Source: a virus (lineage: Duplodnaviria > Caudoviricetes). Taken from it: DNA of 64,000 bases. The notes under the pieces are model-generated. The model searched no databases, was not told where the DNA came from, and saw only the letters and a program-made list of their open reading frames with translations. Location: positions 1 to 64,000 of the IMG/VR virus record IMGVR_UViG_3300020438_000019; one strand, written 5' to 3'. Made by a program: the position numbers and the translations under genes. Positions 57,032-64,000 of the stretch are shown here, piece by piece (the first letter of the stretch is position 1; each line of letters starts with the position of its first letter).

Positions 57032-59473
57032 ATGGCAAGTCAAATCTCGCCTGGTGTTATTGTCAAGGAAAGAGACCTCACAACTGGTACTGTTGTTAAC
57101 GCTGCTTCAAATACTGCTGCAGTAGTTTCAACATTCAGTAAAGGTCCAGTCGGACAAATCACCACGATAGCTTCACAGAGAGAATTAGTAGATACATTTG
57201 GATCACCAGGTGATGCAAATGCTGACGATTTCTTTGTAGCCTCAGAATTTTTAAACTACGGTGGTCGCCTTTCAGTGGTAAGAGCAGAAACAGGAGCAGT
57301 TAACGCTGGTGCTACTGCAATTATTAAGAATAAGGTAGACTACGAATCACGCATAGAAGGAACATCTCCAGCATGGAAATGGGCAGCTCAAACTCCAGGT
57401 ATTTGGGGTAACGACTTTGATGTTGTTGTAGCAGACCGTGGTGCTGATCAGTATGTTACTTTTGCTTCTGCACCTGCAGGAATTGCAGCTGGAACAAACT
57501 TAGCGTTTAGTTCTGGTAAAGCTGCCGAGGTTCTTTCTTGGGATGCTGGATCATTAACTGGTGCTGTTATACTAGATGATCCTACAGTTCGTGTTACTTC
57601 TGCTGATACTCTCGACACTCCCGACACAGGTCGAGTAAGTGGTGTAACAGTTAACAATGCTGGTACTGGATACACAACAGCAACATCTCTTGCTACTACA
57701 GGTGGTGCTGGATCTGGTGCTAAGGTAGACATTACAGTAACAACTGGTAACCCAGAAGGTTTAACAGTATCTGCTGGTGGTTCAACATACGGTGCTACAG
57801 GTACTGCAGTTGCTACTACAGGTGGTAATGGAACAGGTCTTACACTTGACTTTACTTCTACTGGTGGTGTTGTTGATAGCGTAAGTGTTGCTGTTGCTGG
57901 TGACGGTCAATATCAAGTTAATGATGTAGTTACAATTACTGGTGGTGGTAACAACGCACAAGTAACTATTACATCTGTAAGAGGAGCAATTGCTACTGTT
58001 GCTGTTACTGGTGGTGATCCTGGTATTGGATATGCTGTTGGTGATACACTATCAGTTACTCAGTCTGGTGCATCTTCAGGTACAGTAGATGTTTCTTCAG
58101 TTCAGGATACAACAATCGCTGTTACAGTAGAAGACTGGTGGACTAATACAAACACAGACGGTACTAAGTCTGGTGCTGACGATGGTAAGATTAAACTATC
58201 TGCTATCGGTCCTCGTCCTGGTACTTCCGCATTTGCTGCAAACTTAGGACTATCTTATGACGAAGTTCATATTGGTGTTGTAGAGAGATCATCTAAGAGT
58301 GTTGTAGAAAGACTACAATATCTTTCTAAGTTCAGTGATGGTAAAACATCAGAAGGAGCTTCTTCTTACTACCCAACATATATTAAGGAAGTTTCTCAAT
58401 ACGTTTACTTCGGTGATCACGTAACTGCTGCACACAATCCTACCACTGCTGGTGCTGGACTTGCTGCTGGTACTGCTGCTACTGCTGGAACTTCTGGTCA
58501 GAAACTACAACTCTTCGGTGTTGTTAATACATCACTTGCTGGTGGTACTGATGACTATGCATATACAACTGCAGAGTTTAGTACAGGTCTTCAAGAGTTC
58601 AATGATACAGAAACAGTTGATGTTGACTTCATCCTTATGGGTGGTTCAATGGGAACTGAAGCAGATTCTAAGTTGAAAGCTGCTGCATGTATCACTACTG
58701 CTAACCTAAGAAAAGATGCTGTTGCATTTGTTTCTGCACACAAAGGTGCTCAGGTTTCTGGAACTGTTGCTCTTTCAAGAAAAGATCAGAAGGATAACAC
58801 AGTTAACTTCTTCTCAACATTAAGTTCTTCTTCATACGCAGTATTTGATAGCGGTTATAAGTATTTCTATGATCGTTTCAATGATAAGTATCGTTATGTT
58901 CCTTGCAACGGAGATGTTGCTGGTCTATGTGTTGCAACTTCTACAACACTTGATGACTGGTTCTCACCTGCAGGACTTACACGAGGTGGAGTACGTAATG
59001 CTATTAAACTAGCATACAACCCAACTTCAGCAGATAGAGATGAACTTTATCAGAATAGAATCAATCCAATTGTTTCTTTCCCTGGTCAAGGCATCACACT
59101 ATTTGGTGATAAGACTGCACTATCTTCACCTTCTGCATTCGACAGAATTAATGTTCGTAGACTCTTCATCAATATTGAGGAGAGAGCAGAAGCACTTGCT
59201 AAGGCAGTTATATTTGAACAAAATGATGAGACTACAAGAGCTGGTTTCAATAATGCACTTTCTTCTTACCTTTCTGAGGTACAAGCTGGAAGGGGCGTTA
59301 CAGATTTCCAAGTAGTATGTGATGAGTCAAATAATACACCTAGTGTTATTGACCGTAATGAATTTGTCGCTGAGGTTTACATCAAGCCTACACGCTCTAT
59401 CAACTACATTACATTATCATTTGTCGCTACGAGATCTGGAGTTTCCTTCAGCGAAGTCGTAGGTCGTTCTTAA
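57032..59473 (+). CDS. gp18: tail sheath protein gp18
   Basis: SPGVIVKERD, WFSPAG, FDRINVRRLF, KPTRSINYI. Confidence 0.97.
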   Translation: MASQISPGVIVKERDLTTGTVVNAASNTAAVVSTFSKGPVGQITTIASQRELVDTFGSPGDANADDFFVASEFLNYGGRLSVVRAETGAVNAGATAIIKNKVDYESRIEGTSPAWKWAAQTPGIWGNDFDVVVADRGADQYVTFASAPAGIAAGTNLAFSSGKAAEVLSWDAGSLTGAVILDDPTVRVTSADTLDTPDTGRVSGVTVNNAGTGYTTATSLATTGGAGSGAKVDITVTTGNPEGLTVSAGGSTYGATGTAVATTGGNGTGLTLDFTSTGGVVDSVSVAVAGDGQYQVNDVVTITGGGNNAQVTITSVRGAIATVAVTGGDPGIGYAVGDTLSVTQSGASSGTVDVSSVQDTTIAVTVEDWWTNTNTDGTKSGADDGKIKLSAIGPRPGTSAFAANLGLSYDEVHIGVVERSSKSVVERLQYLSKFSDGKTSEGASSYYPTYIKEVSQYVYFGDHVTAAHNPTTAGAGLAAGTAATAGTSGQKLQLFGVVNTSLAGGTDDYAYTTAEFSTGLQEFNDTETVDVDFILMGGSMGTEADSKLKAAACITTANLRKDAVAFVSAHKGAQVSGTVALSRKDQKDNTVNFFSTLSSSSYAVFDSGYKYFYDRFNDKYRYVPCNGDVAGLCVATSTTLDDWFSPAGLTRGGVRNAIKLAYNPTSADRDELYQNRINPIVSFPGQGITLFGDKTALSSPSAFDRINVRRLFINIEERAEALAKAVIFEQNDETTRAGFNNALSSYLSEVQAGRGVTDFQVVCDESNNTPSVIDRNEFVAEVYIKPTRSINYITLSFVATRSGVSFSEVVGRS

Positions 59474-59508
59474 CCCATAACCACAAACTCGTAGGAAGGT
59501 AATTTAAA

Positions 59509-60132
59509 ATGGCTATTAATTCAAACGTATCACAGTTTCTTAGCAAGATCAAACAGGGTGTTAAACCCAATATGTATCAGGTCAGTGTTAACTGGCCTAG
59601 TGAGCTTGATCAAGGAAAAGGAGCTACAGATAAAGATCTAGTAAACATTCTTTGTAAGTCTGCAGCACTCCCTGCATCTAACTTAGGTGTTATCGAAGTC
59701 CCATTCAGAGGACGCACAGTAAAAATCGCAGGTGATCGCACCTTCGATACATGGTCTACAACATTCATCAATGATGAAGATATGAAGATTCGTGCTTATT
59801 TTGAAGAGTGGTTGGCTAAGATCAACTCTCATGAAAATAATGCATCTCCATTATTCAGACCAACAAGTAATTCTGAAGGTTACATGGCTAACCTTTCAGT
59901 TACACAACTTGAAAAGAATGCAACTACTGGTACTGTTTCTGGTGGTGGTATCAGAGAGTATACACTCTGGCATGCATTCCCAACTAGTGTTTCACAAATC
60001 GATCTAGCTTACGATAGCAACGATCAGGTTTCTGAATTCTCAGTTGAGTTCCAACTATCATACTGGACAGCAGAGGCAAAGTCACAAGCTGAGTCATCTC
60101 CTCCAGATATCAAAGAAACCGTCTCGGCTTAA
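59509..60132 (+). CDS. gp19: tail tube protein gp19
   Basis: LPASNLGVIEVPFRGRTVKIAGDRTF. Confidence 0.96.
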   Translation: MAINSNVSQFLSKIKQGVKPNMYQVSVNWPSELDQGKGATDKDLVNILCKSAALPASNLGVIEVPFRGRTVKIAGDRTFDTWSTTFINDEDMKIRAYFEEWLAKINSHENNASPLFRPTSNSEGYMANLSVTQLEKNATTGTVSGGGIREYTLWHAFPTSVSQIDLAYDSNDQVSEFSVEFQLSYWTAEAKSQAESSPPDIKETVSA

Positions 60133-60136
60133 CTGG

Positions 60137-60144
60137 TATAAATA
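60137..60144 (+). promoter_or_regulatory. late promoter
   Basis: exact TATAAATA upstream of gp20. Confidence 0.8.
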
Positions 60145-60170
60145 GTATAGTTGGTTAGACGAATAATATA

Positions 60171-61850
60171 ATGAGTCAACTATTTGGATTCCAAATTAAC
60201 AAGAAAGGGGAACGGAAGGGTCAATCTCCCGTTCCTCCAAATGCTGAAGACGGCGTTGCCGTAGCAGCAGGTGGTTATTTTGGCACATATGTTGAAACTG
60301 ATGCACAGGCAAGGAACGAGTTTGATCTCATAAAAAGGTATAGGGACATGTCCCTTCACCCAGAATGTGATTCAGCTGTTGATGATATTGTTAACGAGTT
60401 TGTGGTTAATGACCTTAACGATACCTGTGTACAAATTGATTTAACAAATTTGGAAGTGGGAGCTTCTGTAAAGAAAAGGATCCGAGAAGAGTTTGATTAC
60501 ATCAAGCGTCTTCTCGGTTTTGATATGAAAGCCCATGAAATTATACGTAATTGGTATGTAGATGGTAGGGCATATTATCACAAAGTAATAGATTTAGCGA
60601 AACCAACAGAAGGAATTACTGAGCTTCGCTACATTGACCCAATGAAAATAAGAAGGGTCAGACAAAAAATTAAGAAGGTAGAAGATCCAACAACTGTACG
60701 TGGTACTGCCCTTGAACATGAGTGGGGAGACTACGTAGATTATTATATCTACAACCCACAAGGTTTTGGTAGACAGTCTTCAATGGTTGGTACTGGAGAT
60801 TTTACTGGTAACCAAGGAATTAGATTAGCATTTGATTCTGTTACATTTAGCCATTCTGGATTGATGGACATGAACAGAAGGATGCATCTTAGTTTCTTGC
60901 ATAAAGGAATTAAAGGTCTCAATCAATTAAGAATGATTGAAGATGCATTGGTCATCTACAGATTATCAAGAGCACCAGAAAGAAGAATTTTTTATATTGA
61001 TGTAGGTAACCTTCCAAAGGTTAAAGCGGAGCAATATCTACGTGATGTAATGTCTCGTTATAGAAACAAGCTTGTCTATGATTCACAGACAGGTGAGATA
61101 CGTGATGATAAAAAGCATATGAGTATGCTTGAAGACTTCTGGTTACCTCGTAGAGAAGGTGGTAGAGGAACTGAAATTACTACTCTTCCTGGAGGACAAA
61201 ACCTTGGTGAACTTAAAGACGTTGAATACTTTAAGAAGAAGTTATATAACTCACTTAACCTTCCACCATCTCGCCTTACTGACGATAACAAAGGTTTTAA
61301 TCTCGGTAAGACTACGGAAGTTCTTAGAGACGAACTCAAGTTTACTAAGTTCATTGGAAGACTACGCAAAAGATTTAGTTTCCTCTTCCAAGACATTCTT
61401 AAGACTCAACTAATTCTTAAAGGAGTTATTGCTCCTGAAGATTGGGATGATATGCAGGAGCATATCCAGTATGATTACATACACGACAATCATTTCAATG
61501 AATTAAAAGAGCTTGAGATGGAAACTCAAAGGATTGCTCTAGTAACACAGATGGATCCTTATGTGGGTAAATATTATTCTGTTGATTATATTCGCCGTAA
61601 TGTTCTTGGTCACAAAGAAACAGATATTAAGGAACAAGATAAGCAGATGAAGAAGGAGATTGAACTAGGTCTCGTTATGGATCCAGTCGATATGAATACA
61701 TTCGATACAATGGACCGCCAGAACGATGCCTTTGCTCCAGAGATCGAAGCACAAAATGCGGAAGATGATCAGAAGAGAGACATGGAAATGGCTAAGCAAC
61801 AAGCAAAGCTTAAACCTGCTCCAACCAAAACCACTAGTAATACTAAATAA
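60171..61850 (+). CDS. gp20: portal vertex protein gp20
   Basis: RAPERRIFYIDVGNLPK, EDFWLPRREGGRGTEITTLPGG. Confidence 0.98.
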   Translation: MSQLFGFQINKKGERKGQSPVPPNAEDGVAVAAGGYFGTYVETDAQARNEFDLIKRYRDMSLHPECDSAVDDIVNEFVVNDLNDTCVQIDLTNLEVGASVKKRIREEFDYIKRLLGFDMKAHEIIRNWYVDGRAYYHKVIDLAKPTEGITELRYIDPMKIRRVRQKIKKVEDPTTVRGTALEHEWGDYVDYYIYNPQGFGRQSSMVGTGDFTGNQGIRLAFDSVTFSHSGLMDMNRRMHLSFLHKGIKGLNQLRMIEDALVIYRLSRAPERRIFYIDVGNLPKVKAEQYLRDVMSRYRNKLVYDSQTGEIRDDKKHMSMLEDFWLPRREGGRGTEITTLPGGQNLGELKDVEYFKKKLYNSLNLPPSRLTDDNKGFNLGKTTEVLRDELKFTKFIGRLRKRFSFLFQDILKTQLILKGVIAPEDWDDMQEHIQYDYIHDNHFNELKELEMETQRIALVTQMDPYVGKYYSVDYIRRNVLGHKETDIKEQDKQMKKEIELGLVMDPVDMNTFDTMDRQNDAFAPEIEAQNAEDDQKRDMEMAKQQAKLKPAPTKTTSNTK

Positions 61851-61859
61851 AAGATAGTC

Positions 61860-62072
61860 ATGGAACAATCGAATCCCAACGCTGAAGTTCTTTCAGTAGT
61901 TGATACAATCAAAGACGGCAAAAGAGCTGATGCTTTAGATGCTGTTAATGATATATTATTCTCACGTGCTGCCGATGCAATTAAAAGCTATAAGCAAGTC
62001 GTGGCCAAGACTTTTTTTGATGAACCACAGGTAGAGGAGCCATCCAATGAAACTGATAACGGAACAGATTGA
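61860..62072 (+). CDS. small prohead core protein (gp67-like position)
   Basis: 70-aa ORF between gp20 and gp21; CTAAATA at 61843. Confidence 0.7.
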   Translation: MEQSNPNAEVLSVVDTIKDGKRADALDAVNDILFSRAADAIKSYKQVVAKTFFDEPQVEEPSNETDNGTD

Positions 62073-62691
62073 AGATGTAAAAGTCATCACTGAAGGTAAA
62101 GGCGATGATAAAAAATTATACATCGAAGGTGTTTTCCTACAAGCAGAACTTAAGAATAGAAATGGTAGAGTATACCCTTTCAAAGTTCTTGAAACTGAAG
62201 TAGGTAGATATAATGAAGAATACGTTAAAACAAAACGTGCTCTTGGTGAGTTGGGTCATCCTGATGGTCCTACTGTTAACCTTGACCGTGTTTCCCACAG
62301 AATCACATCGCTTACTGCTGAAGGTTCTAACTTCATCGGAAAAGCCCAGATCTTAGACACACCAATGGGTAAGATCGCTAAGTCTCTTTTAGGAGAGGGT
62401 GTTCAATTGGGTGTATCATCTAGAGGAATGGGTAGCATCAACAAACAAGAAGATGCTAATTATGTAATGGATGACTTCATGTTAGCAACAGCAGCAGATA
62501 TAGTTGCTGATCCTTCCGCACCTGATGCATTTGTTAATGGTATCATGGAAGGTAAAGAGTGGGTTTGGAACAACGGTATTCTTAAGGAGACCGAAGTTGC
62601 TAAATACCAGAGTTATGTGAGCAAGTCTACTCACAGAAATCTTGAGGAAAGGACACTTAAAGTGTTTGAGCATTTCCTTTCAGGATTGTAA
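62047..62691 (+). CDS. gp21: prohead protease gp21
   Basis: NRNGRVYP, ALGELGHP, GVSSRGMGS, DIVADPSAPDAFV. Confidence 0.97.
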   Translation: MKLITEQIEDVKVITEGKGDDKKLYIEGVFLQAELKNRNGRVYPFKVLETEVGRYNEEYVKTKRALGELGHPDGPTVNLDRVSHRITSLTAEGSNFIGKAQILDTPMGKIAKSLLGEGVQLGVSSRGMGSINKQEDANYVMDDFMLATAADIVADPSAPDAFVNGIMEGKEWVWNNGILKETEVAKYQSYVSKSTHRNLEERTLKVFEHFLSGL

Positions 62692-62694
62692 ATC

Positions 62695-62702
62695 TATAAA
62701 TA
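62695..62702 (+). promoter_or_regulatory. late promoter
   Basis: exact TATAAATA upstream of gp22. Confidence 0.8.
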
Positions 62703-62740
62703 AACTTAGACTTATTGTACGAATCTTAGGGGAAACTCAA

Positions 62741-63901
62741 ATGTCAGATATGTTAAACGAAAAGTTTGCGGAATTCGTTAGTGAGAATGAAAAAGTTCTT
62801 TCTGAGGCTGGACAAGATCCAATGCCTAGTGTTTCTGCGGCTGTTCTTCCATCAAACCCACCAGCACCTGGTGCGGTAACAGGTGAACCCAAGAGGGATT
62901 CCCACAAAGATCCACAACCTAGTGTTGGGACAGATGCTGCTACTGCAGGTCAGTCAATAACCGACAATGGTGGACCAAGACCTGATGGAAATGATGCAGG
63001 TGAAGATAATCCAGGTGCTAAGGCTGCTGCCCCCGTTGGAGCCAAAGGAGCACAATCAGATGGTACAGCACAAACCGCAAGTATAAATGATGCTGGTGAT
63101 CAAGGAACAACACCTACTGTAGGTGCTGATGTTGCTTATGGTACTACTACTGGACCTGACGTACAATATCCTATTAAGCCTTCATTCGAGGAAGTTGACG
63201 TAGCTGACGATGTTAAAGCTCTCCTTGAAGGTACAGAACTCTCTGAAGAGTTTGCTGAGAAAGCCAAGACAATCTTCGAGGCTGCTATCAAGTCAAAACT
63301 TACAGAAGAGCATACAAAGCTTGTAGAACACTTTGCTAAAGAATCTGCTGAGAAAATTGAGTCTGCTAAGGCAGAACTTGCAGAGGAAGTTAATGGCACA
63401 GTTAACTACGCCATCGGTAGATGGGTTGAAGAGAACCAAATCGCCCTAGACCGTGGTATAAAGAATGAGATTACAGAAGACTTTATTTCAGGTCTGAAGA
63501 ATCTCTTTGAAGAGCACTACATTTCTATCCCCGATGAGAAAGTCGATGTGGTAGAAGGTATGGCTGAACAAATTCGTAAAATGGAAGAACGCCTTGACGA
63601 ACAGGTCAAGTCTAATGTGAAACTTCAAACTCGTCTAGATGAGAACACAAAGAAAGTTATTCTGAACACTGTGTCAGAAGGATTGGTGGATACTCAGAAA
63701 GACAAACTAGCTGCACTTGCAGAAGGTATTGAGTTTACTTCAGAGGAAGAGTATTCCAAGAAGATCAGTACTCTCAAGGAAAGTTATTTCAAAGGAGATG
63801 CTCCTAAGATAACATCCGCAGCAGATGAAACACCTGTCGAAGAAGTTGCAACTACACCAGCTATGAACGCTTATGTAGACGCTCTTAGTCGTTGGGAATA
63901 A
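62741..63901 (+). CDS. gp22: prohead core scaffold protein gp22
   Basis: LSEEFAEKAKTIFEAA, GLKNLFEEHYI, LKESYF; ATG 62741 follows a GGGGA RBS. Confidence 0.93.
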   Translation: MSDMLNEKFAEFVSENEKVLSEAGQDPMPSVSAAVLPSNPPAPGAVTGEPKRDSHKDPQPSVGTDAATAGQSITDNGGPRPDGNDAGEDNPGAKAAAPVGAKGAQSDGTAQTASINDAGDQGTTPTVGADVAYGTTTGPDVQYPIKPSFEEVDVADDVKALLEGTELSEEFAEKAKTIFEAAIKSKLTEEHTKLVEHFAKESAEKIESAKAELAEEVNGTVNYAIGRWVEENQIALDRGIKNEITEDFISGLKNLFEEHYISIPDEKVDVVEGMAEQIRKMEERLDEQVKSNVKLQTRLDENTKKVILNTVSEGLVDTQKDKLAALAEGIEFTSEEEYSKKISTLKESYFKGDAPKITSAADETPVEEVATTPAMNAYVDALSRWE

Positions 63902-63938
63902 TTATAAAAACACATCTAACTTTTAGAGGATTAATCGC

Positions 63939-64000
63939 ATGTTTAATGCAAAAGCTCTAACAGAAAAGTGGGATCCTGTTCTTAGTCACGAAGGTAGTTC
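63939..64000 (+). CDS. gp23: major capsid protein gp23, 5' end (truncated by window)
   Basis: AGAGGA RBS; MFNAKALTEKWDPVLSHEG is a typical cyanophage gp23 start; follows gp22. Confidence 0.9.
   Translation, partial: MFNAKALTEKWDPVLSHEGS

Noticed and set aside
55062-61850. Introns or inteins in gp17, gp18 or gp20
   Set aside because: ORFs are continuous, gp17 and gp20 are of normal length and no splice-junction motifs were seen
62642-62740. N-terminal extension of gp22 in the ORF track (similarly 47872, 53413, 53706, 54127 and 54375 starts)
   Set aside because: Upstream starts overlap previous genes or promoters; downstream ATGs with an RBS or coupled stop fit better
1-64000. tRNA/rRNA genes and stop-codon reassignment
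   Set aside because: Intergenic gaps are short with no cloverleaf seen; core genes translate full length in the standard code

Overview
This window is the late (virion structural) region of an AT-rich T4-like cyanomyovirus; the host-like genes and low GC point to a Prochlorococcus/Synechococcus phage. Almost everything is on the + strand. The order is: end of an upstream transcription unit, PAAR spike gene, small ORFs and three 2OG-Fe(II) oxygenases, baseplate genes gp25-gp6-gp7-gp8, a VrlC-like giant protein, and a ~19 kb fibre-like block (111, 234, 341, 3455, 69 and 2039 aa) where T4 has gp9-gp12/wac. Next come a 3-gene minus-strand island with a near-consensus sigma70 promoter, gp13-gp16, a host-like island (oxygenase, DUF2997, DUF1257/Ycf35, thermonuclease, NifU), then gp17-gp22 and the start of gp23. 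T4-type late promoters (TATAAATA/CTAAATA) precede most structural genes. Two observations stand out. (1) gp7 carries two phycobiliprotein-like helical domains that keep the bilin-attachment K-C-x-R-D motif and beta155-like cysteines, so the baseplate may be chromophorylated. (2) A strongly promoted 341-aa gene is followed by a terminator and a 3455-aa protein built from ~20-aa repeats, suggesting a ruler-templated filament with a copper-site/aromatic tip protein. All family assignments are by motif recognition; no database search was run.
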